Assembly (NCBI GenBank): GCA_002633005.1 | Contig: NMRA01000112.1 | Coordinates: 488,437-552,436, forward strand | Reading direction: 5' to 3' | Length of the DNA: 64,000 nt | From: Phoronis australis | Lineage: Eukaryota; Animalia; Phoronida | Part shown: positions 46,752-60,139 of the stretch, piece by piece | How the letters are laid out: the number at the start of each line of letters is the position of its first letter | Position numbering within the stretch: position 1 is the first letter of the stretch | Position numbers and translations under genes: made by a program | Notes under the pieces: model-generated | What the model saw: only the letters and a program-made list of their open reading frames with translations | What the model was told of the DNA's origin: nothing | Database searches by the model: none

Positions 46752-47742
46752 GCACCCTCTGGCAGACATTTTGGTCTTGACAATTAGGGACTTTTCAGTT
46801 TATTTTTGGGAAAAGACCTTTCACATGATACCTAGTGGCCATTTTGGTGTCGACAAACATGGTTTTTAGTATTTTTGTGTGGAAGAGCATTTTCAATCTG
46901 AATGATATCTAGAAAAAACCTATTTACGGATTTAAGTGAAACTTTGACAGAGGTCGTGACATTAATACGATTCGATTTTCAGACAGATTTGACGACTGCA
47001 GCTGCTCAATGAAAATAGGTGTCTAAAAAGTCCTTTTTTCATTCAGTTGCTTTTTAGTCATGTCTGACACACTAAAGAGGATGATGGAATGACAAATGGC
47101 CATTCCACCTCCCTTAATAGTGACCCAGTCATTTTCACCACAACTTTAGCTAACCCATGCCAAATGATGTTGCATGGATTTCGAACCTATTGGTTTACTT
47201 GTGAGATCCATGTGATGGGTGTATGCGTGTTGCATGGATATCGCCTGGGACGCTACCATTGATTTTCTTTGTTGCGTTTTGTTGGATATAACAATACAGG
47301 TCTCACTGATATCTTACCTTGGGCACCCATAAGCTGGTTACTGATAAAGGCTTACCATTATCTGTAAGAAACAAAAAAATGAACCATAGGTATGCCTATC
47401 TGCTGATATCTATGTGATGAGCTTACACTAGACAAATTCCTACAATTTATGTCAACTGCTGAATTTACTTAATTTACGCAACCTTGTTTCATAAGCTGAA
47501 TGCTTGGTTGTATGCAGTTTTTTCAACTCTGTTTCTGAGAAAAAGTTTTGACATCCAGTGATTTGTTTTGTATCCTCAGGTTTGATTAACATGATTGCTG
47601 AACAGCTAGGGGAACTAAACTGTTATTTCACGATTTCTTTGTAATTTTTGGAACTGTCATGACCAAGTGGAACTTGTCTTGTTCAGGTCCCCTCTTTCTA
47701 TTACAGCCTGCTTGTCTTGAGGTTCCCCTCTGTGTATTCCAG

Positions 47743-47889
47743 CCTTTGTTCTCCTGTGGAATCTTGGCACACCTGTCTCCAGAGTGCCGCCAGATGTAAT
47801 GCGTAACCTCCGTGACATCATACTTCACCCCTACCCTTGTGCAGTCGATGTAGCTCTGTTGGGACTTGTCCATAACAGCAGTAACAAAG
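47743..47889 (+). CDS. CATSPERB: CatSper subunit beta exon
   Basis: Phase 1-1; FVLLWNLG...LRDIILHPYPCAVDVALLGLV resembles human ILQWTPG...KCPCANDVALLGFI. Confidence 0.93.
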
Positions 47890-47964
47890 GTATTTTCTAT
47901 GTGGGTTTACTTTAATCTTTTAAAATATACGTCTAGTTTCCATACACCATGAGAAAAGAGTTCA

Positions 47965-48180
47965 TTTTCCAATATAGCTACATGAATTTGCTGGAAGTCT
48001 GGCGAGTTTTGCAATCCTCGCCATTACGTGACATGCATGATTACTTGCTGCTTGACAGTTGATTAGATGTTGAATGACCCGGATCAAACTGCAGCCAATC
48101 TCGGCGTTCGACAGTCAAATCACGTAGTGGCACGATTGCGAACCTTACCAGACTTCCGGCGATTTTATGTAGCTATGTTG
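47965..48180. mobile_element. Intronic MITE-like inverted repeat relic
   Basis: caatatagctacatgaatttgctggaagtctgg...ccattacgtga pairs imperfectly with tcacgtagtgg...ccagacttccggcgattttatgtagctatgttg. Confidence 0.7.
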
Positions 48181-48668
48181 TACGGCATACACAATACTCC
48201 TTTCTTTTAACCATGTGCTGTATGCTAGAGGCATCTTCTGAAAGATCGAAATATACTATCATGATTTTACAAAATTTGTGATCCATCCCCCCTGTATCTA
48301 ATGTTGACTTAAAAACAAAGATGTGTGTTATGGCAGCAAGGTTAAGTGTAAGAATGCGGTTGTTCTCCCTGTCTGATTTTGCATGATGTGGCCATCAAGT
48401 AGTGTCAGAATTGTGAAATAATGGCGGAAGTGGAATTAATTGCTCACATGCGTGGCCATTATTGTAGGCACAATTATTCACTTCTGTTCAAGCTGATCAT
48501 TTGAATGTTGTTTTCTATTCTAAAACACTTAGTCCTCATTTGTCAGAATAATTCTTTATCGTCGCGGAATTTAAGCCTAGCTGTCAAAATATACAATCTT
48601 TTAATGACGCTACAGTTCACTACTCACCTGAGACCTGTATGGTGACTACTTAATACTTCTCTCTTCAG

Positions 48669-48773
48669 GTATTTACCTGGCTAGAACCTCTGTCCATTTC
48701 TGGGCACCATCTATCGAGTGGTTTGATCTGTCTTGCTCCTTGACTCAGTGCAACAATAACTGCCCTAAGGAAG
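48669..48773 (+). CDS. CATSPERB: CatSper subunit beta exon
   Basis: Phase 1-1; GIYLARTSVHFWAPSIEWFDLSCSL resembles human GVYIGITFGGFWHDYDTTWFNMT. Confidence 0.92.
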
Positions 48774-49640
48774 GTTTGTATAAACGGAACACTAAGTCTA
48801 ACAATTTCTATGTTGTGTTTGTTCCTACTTAAATACAGTATCTTGAATGTTTTCAATATAATTGTATTGTGTGTGCACATCAGATTTATTATAAATACAA
48901 TGTTTGCCCTGGAAAACTAGCTTCCTGGTGTCGTTATTCGATACATTCAGTGAGAGATTATGTCGCAGCACTCAGAGATCCTCTGGTACAGGGACGCTTG
49001 TTGTTACCATGGGGTCCAGAATGATTTTACCATCATTATGCACCTGCGTTGTGGGATGAGTATCTTGCCAGATTTCATTGATCGGCTAGTCTGGATACAG
49101 CCGTGTCATTTTCAGTTTGAAAGCAATAGCAAGGCGAGAAATGTGTACATAGTGGAGCTATCTCATTGTCTGCGGATAAGTTCACGTAATCTAGCAATTA
49201 TGTTGTAAACAGCACGCCTGACGCTAACCGATGTTTAAAAATACTATTTCCAAACAGAATTCAACAAATGTCGTGAATAAGTTAGATGACATTGTGTTTT
49301 GTATGAAATACTATCACCAAAAAACTTCTGAGAAAAATGGTTGACTTTCAGACTTTTAGACTTAAAAACTTTCACCTTCTGATTTCTTTTTGTAACTTCA
49401 GGCTCTGACCTGCTTACTACAATGGTATTGCTCATCTGACAAAAGGCTCGTTTGTCAAGTGATACTAGATCAGATTGTGATTTTGGAAATTTATTGGTTT
49501 TAACAGTCCAGGGGAATGGTTGGTAATGATTCTATACCTTACTCGGCATGCAGAGCTGCATTATGTGGATGCAAAACAATGGTGAATCAATTGTTGCAAG
49601 TAATTTTTGGCTTATGGAACAAGAACAGTGTATTCTATCC

Positions 49641-49822
49641 CATGTTAACCTCACTGACCAATCATGAATCAACATGCTAACCTCACTGACCAACCATGAA
49701 TCAACATGCTAACCTCACTGACCAATCATGAATCAACATGCTAACCTCACTGACCAATCATGAATCAACATGCTGACCTCACTGACCAATCATGAATCAA
49801 CATACTTACCTTACTGACCAAT
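49641..49822 (+). repeat. 32-bp minisatellite (ctaacctcactgaccaatcatgaatcaacatg), about 5.5 copies
   Basis: Direct inspection. Confidence 0.95.
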
Positions 49823-51743
49823 GGCTTCACTCTTCTTGACAAGATAGGCTAATTAGTTCTGACTATTAATCGCAAAACATTTGCCTTTCACTCAGACACA
49901 TGATTTTGCATATTCTGGTGTGAGCTTGCCTTTTTGTGAGTTTCACCTTATGCTATGAAATGAGTTAGCTATGCCAACAAGGTTTCTGAATCATTTCATG
50001 CTGATAAGATGTCGCTGTTTAGAATGTCTTCTAATTTCTGCGTGTTACTGTAGTGCCATCTTTTGCATATTGTGAAAGGTTCAGAATCTTGAATTGATTT
50101 AAATTATTTTGACGTGGAATTTCCCACACACCTTTGTCTTGTGTTTATTATCTTGACACATGGTCGTTACACTTGGAACAGTTGCTAAAAAGGGTGTCCT
50201 AGCATAAAGCACCATTCAAATAAAATGGCTACTGTGCATTTCCAAAAGAGCCCCCACTTTCGTAAATCCTTTTGCATGAAAGCATGGCACATATCAAAAA
50301 TTTGGTAAAAGATATCATTGTAAATATTTTTCAATTTTCAACCTTTAAAGTTTAATGTAAGGTCACCATTTTTATCACTTGTCAACAGGGTTGTCGCACT
50401 TCTTTCAGCTGTAACATACAAACTATCAACAAAGTAAAACCTTCCTCTTGTGTTGCAGGGAAAGTACAAATTTCCAAACAGGAGCTCCCACCACATTTTT
50501 GAAAGACCTCAGGGGGGGGGGGCTCTTGGTGAAGAACAATTATTCTAGGGCTTCATTCTGAAATCCCTAGTACTTTTCATTCTGTAGAATATTTAGTATT
50601 TTTTCCTCTCCCTGAAATTTGCAAATTTTCGTATTCATGTTCTGCTTGCTTAGCGCCTTCTCAAAATCAGTTGTCATGAATCTTCGTTTAAAGTGCCTGT
50701 GTCTTAGTTTGTGAATTATATGTCTGACAAGAATTTTTGGCTTCCAAAATGTGACAATATGCAATTCACATTCGAGCAATCCACTCTCAGGTTAAGTCAT
50801 AGTACCTTAGTTGCTATATGCAGTCATGATAATATCTGATGTACTTTTTACTGAATGAGATGCGAAATATTCCTTATGACTGATACACATAGTACTGTAA
50901 CTCAGGTGGCCATTTTCCAAATAATATTCACCGACATGAAATATTCATTGTCGCTAGGTTCTAGTAGCTCAGTGATGGTTACGTAGGGTTCTACATTTTT
51001 GTATGGATATAATGCAGTGGGTTATATTCCAACAGAGCATTCTGGACCCAGCTATTCAGAATCCACAGAGGGTAATAAAACAATAGTCTTCTCAGCCATG
51101 ATCATAAACACTTTGTTAAGCTGGAAGGACATCCATGATTTGCAAACATCCACAAAAGTCTATTCCACTATGCAGACTAGTTACCCTCTCCAAGCCCAAA
51201 ATGTTTTTTGACCATTGTACTGTCATCAAACTGCCACTGTTTTGTAGTCAAATTTTTAAGTGATTTACTAGTTCAAAAATGTCCACCATCTTAAAATGTC
51301 ATTGAATGAGAGAAGTAGTTGACTGTGGTTTTCCCAGTCATCTCGCATTATCTTGCACACCAGAATTAACTTGATGAGTGAAGTGAAAAACTCTTTTTTG
51401 CTCACACAACACTTGTTGTATCACTGTATAATATTTGGTAAAATCTCAACAACATCTAACAAAATCAGTTGCCAAAATTGCACTTTCCACCTTTTTCAAG
51501 GTCATCTTTCATTGTTCTAAGTGCTCGTGAGTTTTCAAAATTTGTGTGATGGTAGATATAAAAAGCTTCAACATGTCAGAGCATTAAAGATTCACTTTCA
51601 GGCTCCTAACTTATGCTAATGTACAGCAGGAACTATATGAAAATGCTATTTTAACATAATCTAAGCTAAACAAATTGCAGTGGTATTCATTAACAATTTG
51701 TAAATTAATGAAAACAAAAAATTACAAATAGGTGACTTTTGCG

Positions 51744-51976
51744 CTAATGATGTACCTCGTGGGTTCATTAGCCCGCATCATGCAGCACCCAATATCATGT
51801 CGCAATTCTAATTACTAGACATGGTTGAGTGATTTACGGCGAATAATTTTTGACATAAAACTTGTTCTTAAAAACATTTGGCAATTGTCAACACACTTCA
51901 TCACAATGTTGTATTTCTAACTAATTTGGCCTAGCAATTACAGAGATAAGGAGTTAGCCTGCAAGTTTTATTTTAA
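51744..51976 (-). mobile_element. Second copy of the TTAA-flanked repeat seen at 18689-18932
   Basis: Reverse-complement similarity (cccgcatcatgcag, ttcttaaaaacatttggcaatt, cagagataag). Confidence 0.6.
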
Positions 51977-52091
51977 TTTGTGAAATGTATCGTAATATGA
52001 AAAAATCAGATAATCAAATTTCAGCTGTTTGCCATATTGTATCGTAAATTGGTGGGATTTTACCTTATTCAGTAATGTTGCATCGTTGCAG

Positions 52092-52270
52092 GATGTGGTG
52101 ATCTGAAGCTGATTGACTATGTACTCACCAACTGGCATCTGTTGATTCTCACTGACAACGGACTGTTTGTTAGCAATAGCATGGCGCCAGTGTCGCAGTC
52201 GGAGCCTAGAACTCTTCAGTTTATGAAGATAACTAAATTTGCTGCACCGTCTATTGATTTGTCTGACGCC
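52092..52270 (+). CDS. CATSPERB: CatSper subunit beta exon
   Basis: Phase 1-0; DLKLIDYVLTNWHLLILTDNGLFVS resembles human DLSLVDMVLTNHFLVILTSLGLFVS. Confidence 0.95.
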
Positions 52271-53000
52271 GTAAGTTTCAACTCCATTTGTTCTTTGTTT
52301 GTACCTGATTACTGATGGCAAAGTTTTAGTGAAATACACATTCGGCTGCGCCATTGTTTACTGTCAATTTCAGGAAATGCAATTTTAGTACAAGACAAAA
52401 ATAACTATGACAAAATACCATTTCCCGTATTTCTGTGAACAGCAAAAATGACTGGAAATAACTATAAGAACGACAAAATTCTAAATGGCTTATCCACCTT
52501 CCTGTTATTTACCTTCAGTCATAAGGGACGTCTCAGTACTCTGACAATGAATTTTGTGGGAATATTTCTGAATTGCACTGTTACAGTACATGGTTTACAA
52601 AGTAATTTTGATTTCATTTATTTTGATTCCTGTGTGAAGCGGCACCCTCCTCTTGGAAATGGTATAAATTAATTAATTATGTTCTTGGCGTTTGCCTCTG
52701 AATCTTCTGAGTTCCTTGACAGATATTCATGTAATTTTCTTTCCTGAGTAGGTTACTATGGCATATACGACGACGAAATTTTCCCATTTTTGAGTGGGTT
52801 TAATGTATTCTGGCCTTGTTTGTGATACCAATAACACCCTTATAAGCATACCTGTTTATCGTGTACTTATGGGCACATTTTAATGCTGTGCGTTTCTATT
52901 TATTTGGTATCATTATCGTGGTCATCATTGTCGCCATCACCATCGTTATTATAAATAACATTGTTGTCTTCAAGTTGCCCTGTGTGTGCTATACTTCTAG

Positions 53001-53064
53001 GTTAGCACAGGTCTCCACCTTCACTACACACCAGTGTGTATCACCAGTATTGACCAGATCCTTG
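53001..53064 (+). CDS. CATSPERB: CatSper subunit beta exon
   Basis: Phase 0-1; VSTGLHLHYTPVCITSIDQIL resembles human VKGKLWYNERCF. Confidence 0.75.
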
Positions 53065-53329
53065 GTGAATTTTACATGACACACCTGTGGCTTTTTGTTC
53101 TACAAACTCAGTTAACTCTGTTTATTGTTTTGTTGAAAAATAAGAACAATGTGCAGTAGTTATTGTTGCGCAGCTGAAAGAATTCACCACTGTTGGTATT
53201 TCATTGTGAATTCTAGCCTATAAAGTGTTCTAATTTCAATACAAGCAAAATAAGGCTGATAAAATACGTGCACTTGACAAGTCAATTCTGCCAGTTGCAA
53301 AGTTTTGCTGACTGCTGTTCTGACTGAGA

Positions 53330-53975
53330 ATGATGGATAATAACCCACCATGACCCCTCATACCTGCATGCAGCTGTAATGACTAGCAGTCAAACCCACC
53401 AAAACCCCTCATACCAGCTGTAAGGACAGGCAGTCAAACCCATCACAACCCCTCATACCAGCTGTAGTGACTGGTAATGACCACCATGACTCCTCATATC
53501 AGCTGTAATGACTGGAAATGACCTAGTATGATTCCTCATACCTGGTGTTATGATGGGTTAAATGATCTGCCGTGACTTCTCATACCTGGTGTTATGGTGG
53601 GATAAGTGACCTAGTATGACCCCAGATACCAACTGTAAGGATGGTTAATGATCTACCATGATTTCTCATACCAGGTGTTAAATGGGGGGTATTGACCTAC
53701 CATGACCCACATATCAGCTGTAATGATGGGTTATGACTTATGATTTCTCTTACCTGTTGTAATAATGGGTTAAATGACCTGCTATGACGTCTCATACCTG
53801 GTGTAATTTTGGATAAATGACCTACCGTGACTCCTTATACCTGGTGTATTGACGGGTAATGACTTATCGTGACTCCTCATACCAGGTGCAGTGATGGTTA
53901 ATGACCTACCATCAGTCCACATATCAGCTGTAATAATGGGTAAAAGACTCACTGTGATCCCATATACCAGCTGTG
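53330..53975 (+). repeat. Degenerate ~40-bp minisatellite (atgactcctcatacc[agc/tgg]tgtaatga...)
   Basis: Recurrent ctcatacc...tgtaatga motif, about 15 diverged units. Confidence 0.85.
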
Positions 53976-54268
53976 ATCTCTTCTCACAATCTACTGATGC
54001 TGCCATAATGGTTCATTTTGTGCAGAGTAATTCTAAGAAACATAATGCACAGTGCACCAACCGATATGTTGTCAGCATCTTGATTATCAGTCATTGTACA
54101 CAATGGCTTATTGCCTTAGTATTGAGTTTATGATGTCACTACCGTTTGGTTGCTCAAAAGTTTTTTTTTTCAGTCAGTGGCACTTAGCAGACATTGTTTG
54201 ACCCGGTATGGACGCTAGCATTAACTTACTTGTAACAGATAATTATCAACTCCTTTTATTTCAAAAAT

Positions 54269-54408
54269 GAAATTTCTATTCCAGTACTTTTTGGGTCTGA
54301 CTGCAGCTTATGGAAATTTCTATTCCAGTACATTTTTGGGTCTGACTGCAGCTTATGGAAATTTCTATTCCAGTACCTTTTTGGGTCTGACTGCAGCTTA
54401 TGGAAATT
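54269..54408 (+). repeat. 44-45-bp tandem repeat, 3 copies
   Basis: gaaatttctattccagtac..tttttgggtctgactgcagcttatg repeated three times. Confidence 0.95.
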
Positions 54409-55206
54409 TGATGCAAAAATCAAGTAAAACAGGTGATTTTGTTGCCAAATCTTGTGATTTGTGAGGGAACATTCCCTCATTGTGCACACATAGGTAGTCA
54501 AAAGCTACATTTTGGCCTCCACTTGAAGCAATTCAAGCATCTCATATTGACTTAAATGTGGCCATGACCAAGGACCATCCCTGCACACATTGACCATTCA
54601 GTGAGCACCGAAAAGGGTGAATGAAGGCCATTTCCATTATCTCATAACAGTAAAGGTAGGGCTAGATCACGGCCAAGGAATATTCTCTGCACTCAGAGAC
54701 CACTCAGTGAGTTGAATGATGGATGACATATTTCCTCAGTCTGGTCATAAAATTGTTGGATCATGATCAGGGAATATTCTTTGCACTTTGTGACCTCCAC
54801 GAGGTCATCAAGTAGAGGATTATTTTCTGGGTTTGGAAAATCATTCATTGTGAGAAATTAAACATGAGATACTCTACAATATTTTTAAAATGCAAAGATT
54901 GCTTCTGACTGAAGCTTAGGTGGTGCTTTTAGATCGACGCCAGCCTTAACTCAGTTCACTTGTCACATATTATCACAAGCAAAACCAGTCACCAATTTAA
55001 AAAATACAAGATCCACGTTTGTCCGTAGCATGGATCATAAGGAGCTGACAACAATAAGAATTTGGGTTATAGAAGCAATCAAGAGTTGAATAGGTTTATT
55101 TTTAAAGGTTGTATTTGAATTATGAGGTTTTTAACAAATCCATGTGTTATAGGGGCCTTAACTGTTGGTTGGGATTTCTTGACATTTTCAGTGTTGTTAT
55201 TTTCAG

Positions 55207-55271
55207 TGGAACAAGTTGGACTGTCCTTCCTGCCCGTCAAAGTTACAAAAATATCTGGACGGTCTACGTGG
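55207..55271 (+). CDS. CATSPERB: CatSper subunit beta exon
   Basis: tttcag|tg ... tgg|gtaagt, phase 1-0; VEQVGLSFLPVKVTKISGRSTW resembles human VDYVTVTF. Confidence 0.82.
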
Positions 55272-55274
55272 GTA

Positions 55275-55675
55275 AGTGTAAGTATTATTCTTATATTATC
55301 GCAAGTGCTGTACCTTAAATACCTGTAGCAGACCCTTTACATGTAAGTAATGTATTGTCTGCATATTAAGTGCTGTACCTGCAGTACCTATAACAGATCT
55401 GTTACATGGTTAAGCATTTGTATTATCTGGATATTATCATGAGTGCTGTACCTGCAGTACCTATATCAGACTTGGTTAAGTGTCTGGATATTATCACAAT
55501 TGCTGCTCCTGCAGTACCTATAACAGACCTGTTACATTGGTAAGTATAACTATGTGTTATCTGGATATTGTCACAAGTGCTGTACCTGCAGTAGCTATAA
55601 CAGACCTGTTACACGCCTTGGTTAAACATATGTATTATCTGGATATTATCACAAGTGCTGTTCTTTACTTATAAC
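55275..55675 (+). repeat. Degenerate ~60-80-bp tandem repeat starting at the intron 5' end
   Basis: Recurrent tattatctggatattatcacaagtgctgtacctgcagtacctataacaga. Confidence 0.85.
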
Positions 55676-55903
55676 AATCCCTTTATCATCCCTCATTTAC
55701 TCCCAATCCTGGTTGTCCTGGTCAGTTTACACATTTTCATGGCATCTGCTTCTGGGTAGACTGATCCTTTTTGAGGTCATAAACATTAAGTATGAGCAGT
55801 TGGCACATAAAGTAGTTGAATAGTCCTTTGAGTGGCTGATGCATAGTTATGCAGAAACTCTTTAAGTGATGTGTGATTCCTTCATACAAGCATCTCTTCA
55901 CAG

Positions 55904-56044
55904 CAGGTTCTAACTTGTCATTCCGTTGGCCCATTTGACAAGTGGCACTGCTTCACTACCATGACACTACCAGACATTGTTTCTGTCAAGAGCCTAGTCT
56001 TCAATGAACATGTCAATGTTCTCATTTTCCTGGCACAGATGGCC
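55904..56044 (+). CDS. CATSPERB: CatSper subunit beta exon (CAGCAG tandem acceptor; alternative start 55907)
   Basis: Phase 0-0; QVLTCHSVGPFDKWHCF...VKSLVFNEHVNVLIFLAQMA resembles human CFYSQEPFLEWVPCL. Confidence 0.88.
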
Positions 56045-57316
56045 GTGAGTATAGCTTTTCCCTTTAGTTTTTTCTAGGGTGTTAATTTAATAAATTTCTT
56101 TGTAAAGCAGTGGCAAAGTGTTAACACGAAAAGTCTGTGAAAACCGAAATTCTTTTGGTTTGTCATTCTTGTTTTATTTATTGCCTGTCTGGTAAGCGGT
56201 TCCTGATTTTTTATCTCTCATATTGAAAATCATTGAAATCTTAATTTTGGTGTTCAGCTTTTGTCCATGTTCATAACTTCCATCTATATGATGAAATCAT
56301 CGGGGCTGCATTCCACAGGAACTTGCTAGACACTTGTAGTGAGAAACATTTGCTTTGACTTATGGAGGGGAAACTAAATTTCTGCCGTTATTCAACATTC
56401 TATCCTGGCTGACCAATCTCTTCTGAGTGGTAGCCATTTTGCTAGTGTCCCCCTAGCATGGACTCTCTCAAAACTAATGGTTCACTAAGTGTAATCTTGC
56501 TTTTTCTTGCAAGAAAGTTCGGTCTGTGAAAAGCCCCCAATATTTTTGATGATAATTTAGGGAGCAATAATCTAATTCTATCTGCCAAAAACTAAGTATT
56601 TCGGCCACTCATTGGAATTGAATGCGTTGATGTTCCCATTCTCTTCTTTAACCAGATTACAAAATATAGTCTAAGCTTGAGAAGAACGGACATGTTGTTA
56701 CTGCTTCAGACCAGGACCATATAAGTTGCTTGTTATGTTGGGTTAGTTTTAGACACACCAGTTGAAACAAAGGATTGTTGTCGTTTATGTGCATAATGTC
56801 ACGAAAGGTCTTTAGCCTTGCACTTCAACCACCATCATCTTTATTGCCGCTGCATAGTAATATTTTCCCACTAAGACATCAGCAAATCAGTGGGTCAGAA
56901 ATCCATCTTTCCTCTTGTTTTCAGAAGGTCTATTGTCATAGGCTTCTAGTATTTCACTTGGTTGTGCTCTACTGGAGTGTAGCTCATTAAAGGTTACTTT
57001 TACTCATGTACAAAACCTACTCAAATTTGTTTTTATCTTACTTTTGGTTTAGATCACTTACTGTTAACTGCTGCCACCTTGTGGCTTACCGAAGCTTACT
57101 GGTCTTGGTGGGAAGGTCTGAGCACAAAATTATCCGTTGGTCAGACCAGCTTATTAAACCAATAATAAAACCTTATCATTTATTTTCAAATCATCTAATT
57201 TGGGAAATGGAAATTTTGAGACCAATTTTATCTTCAGCAAATGGTTTCAAATATTCACTGCTTCTCATGTTTGACAGAGTTCATGTCAGCAACTGGAGAT
57301 TTCTTTGTCGTTTCAG

Positions 57317-57463
57317 ACTTCAGGAGTAAAAATTTACAGCCTGGCTCTCCAACAGGAGACTGGCGACTACATGCTGGTATCAGGTGGTGCTGCATTCTCT
57401 ACAGATCTTGATCAGCTGTACATCCACCCATTCACGTATACACTGTATGCCACTGGGCAGCAG
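57317..57463 (+). CDS. CATSPERB: CatSper subunit beta exon
   Basis: Phase 0-0; ...LYIHPFTYTLYATGQQ resembles human MVFHPRSHFLYAYGNQ. An alternative in-frame acceptor would start the exon at 57278. Confidence 0.92.
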
Positions 57464-57667
57464 GTAAGCACGTTTTGTGGTTTCCCATATCGTTAATTTG
57501 GCTGTCAATCTAAATCTTAATAAGGTTTTGTAGTATCTTATCAATACACTAGTCCCCATTTAACCAGATATCTACAAAACTTTAGATTGTAACACAGACT
57601 GTAAAAGTACATGCTTCTTGATCTGATATCAATCTGTCATTAATTGGGTCATGTGACCAGGGATGCC

Positions 57668-58915
57668 TTTTTATGCGCCCACATATTTATATGTGGACGC
57701 ATTATGCCATCATCTCCATCCGTCCGTCCGTCCAGGCGGCGTACGTCCGGCGTCTGCTGCTTTATCTCCAAAACCCTTTGACATACGTGCATGAAATTTG
57801 GCATGTATGTTTCACTCGTGAATGGGATGGCATGTGCGAACTTTCGGACGGATCCGACTACCGGTGTGCCCCCTAGTTGCAATTTTTGTTTTTTACGCTT
57901 ACCTTTGTATCTTCAAAAGTCCTGAACGGATTTTCATGAAATTTGGTATGTAGGCATCTATTAGTGAGATGACGCTATCCTCCTGTTTTCAGATGGATTC
58001 GACATAGTTTGCGCCACCTAGTGGCCATTTTTAGTGTTTTCGAGTCTGTTTTTGTGCGTCCACCCCTCTATCAACCAAACTGCTTAAAGGATGATTGTGA
58101 AAATTGGCATGTATATGCTTACTATTTAGAGGACGGTTGACGATGATTTTCCGACGATTTCGACTACTGTGGCGCCTCCTAATGGCAGTTTTGTTTTTTT
58201 TTCTCGCCTATGGCTGTATTCCTAAACCGTTCGCAGGATCTTTACGAAATTGTGTAAGTATATTTATATGATGTTAACAACGAAAGATGACGACTTTTGG
58301 ACGGATCCGACTACCGGTGTGGACGGTTGACGCTGAATTTCCCATTACGTTGATTACTATGGCGCCTCCTAGTGGCAGGGTTTTTTTGCGCCCATGGCTG
58401 TATCTCCCAAACCGTTTGCAGGAACTTTACTAAATTTAGCAAGTGTATTTATGTGATGTTGACAACGGACGATGACGACTTAAGGATGATTCTGACTACG
58501 GGTATGCCTCTAGTGGCAATTTTAGTATTTTACATTGACCTCTGTATTTTCATAGGTCTTCAGGTGTTGTGTTACTTCGTGACTATGAAGGAAAAGTTCC
58601 AAGTAGAAATTTGTTTCTGGTATTCTAATGCTGTGCTAATCTCGTGTGTTAACTTTGTAAATTTGTTTTTAATTCTATGGATCTGTGGTGCTTTAAGCAA
58701 CTGATGTATAGGATGTGCTTGTATTATGAAGATCACTCACATTTTGCCCCTAGCTTATTGAGGAGACAATGACCATGCCTTTCCATTTTGCAAAGTACAA
58801 CATACTACATATATGCCCTCTACTGGCCACTTTATGGTACCAATAAACAACCCTAGAAGGATACCGTATACGGTGCAATTGTGGGTGCATTTCAACGCTC
58901 TGCGTTGCTCTTGTT
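57668..58915 (+). mobile_element. Helentron-associated non-autonomous element (HINE/DINE-1-like), intronic
   Basis: T-rich start, 5' hairpin tgcgcccacata..tatgtggacgca, (tccg)n microsatellite at ~57719-57733, subterminal IR gtgggtgcat at 58881-58890, 3' stem-loop caacgc-tct-gcgttg, ends cttgtt. Confidence 0.85.
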
Positions 58916-59263
58916 AGTAAAAATTAACGAAAAGAAATTGCTAATAGGTGCATTCATAATAATTAAAGCAGTGGTATCAATAATGCCACCAAATTTCATT
59001 AGGTGATAAAAATTCTTCAGTTTGGACAGACTATGGCAGACAGATGAAATTTCATTTTGTCAAATTTCTCAACAAAGATAACTTTTCAGGCCAATTAACT
59101 TAATTGCTAGTAGCACTCTTTGTATAGTGCAGCTATTACCAAACAACATTTTTGTTTTCAGCATTTGCAACAATGTGGCAAGCCTCTAAACAACAGAGAT
59201 AAGTCAGCTTTTGGAATTATTTTTGTCCCAAATGATGGATAGTAACAGTTTTTTAAATTGTCA

Positions 59264-59499
59264 CATGATCTTATTCTCATTGTTTGTAACAGTTTTCTAA
59301 ACTATCATATGATCTCATTCTCATTGATTGTACAGTTTTCTAAACTATCATATGATCTCATTCTCATTGATTGTACAGTTTTCTAAACTATCATATGATC
59401 TCATTCTCATTGATTGTACAGTTTTCTAAACTATCATATGATCTCATTCTCATTGTTTGTAACAGTTTTCTAAACTATCATATGATCTCATTCTCATTG
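59264..59499 (+). repeat. 43-bp minisatellite, about 5.5 copies
   Basis: atgatctcattctcattgattgtacagttttctaaactatcat repeated. Confidence 0.95.
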
Positions 59500-60139
59500 A
59501 AATGTTTATATTACTTTTTAAGTCTTTCTAAAAAATCATAGTCACACATTTTTATATTTACTCACGCAGAAGTGGAACATTTTAACACAATTTATCCTTA
59601 CAGCGTTATGGAGAACATTGCAAAAGCATGCGAAGTGCGATGTTCATGAAAATGGAATAATTGCAATTTCTAAATTTTCGCCTGATTTAGTTGAAACTAG
59701 GTGCAATAGATAGAGAGATTGTGTGATAATAGTGATTTTGTTTTAGCATTGAATTTGCCAAAGTTATTTTCTAATTAGTCGTAATTAGCGCTAGAAACAT
59801 CACATTCCATAATGGAAGATATGTCATTTGTCTTGTGAAGCATTGCATTCTCCCATTGGACATTTTACTGAGTGTCCATGGTATATAGCATCAATGGGTA
59901 TATTTGTGACAGGGGATTTTCAAACTTTATGGAATTATGAATTTCATGAAAACTTTCAGTAGGTAAAGCTGAAAGTTGATTTTTAGCAAACAGTAATTAA
60001 ATTGATTTGAAACACAAAAAGTGTAATTAATTAGTGACAACCAATTTCATACATTGTGGAAGCTGGCTTTGTTAAAATAGTGTCACTGAGGAATTAAATT
60101 GTAGCAATTAGCGGAGCGGCTGAACGGGAGGCATGTTGG

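Noticed and set aside
47687-47800. Alternative CATSPERB acceptor at 47686
   Set aside because: Leads to an in-frame stop; the acceptor at 47742 yields the conserved PCAxDVALLG motif.
41749-59499. CRISPR-like arrays
   Set aside because: The repeats are head-to-tail with no unique spacers, lie in eukaryotic introns, and have no cas genes nearby.
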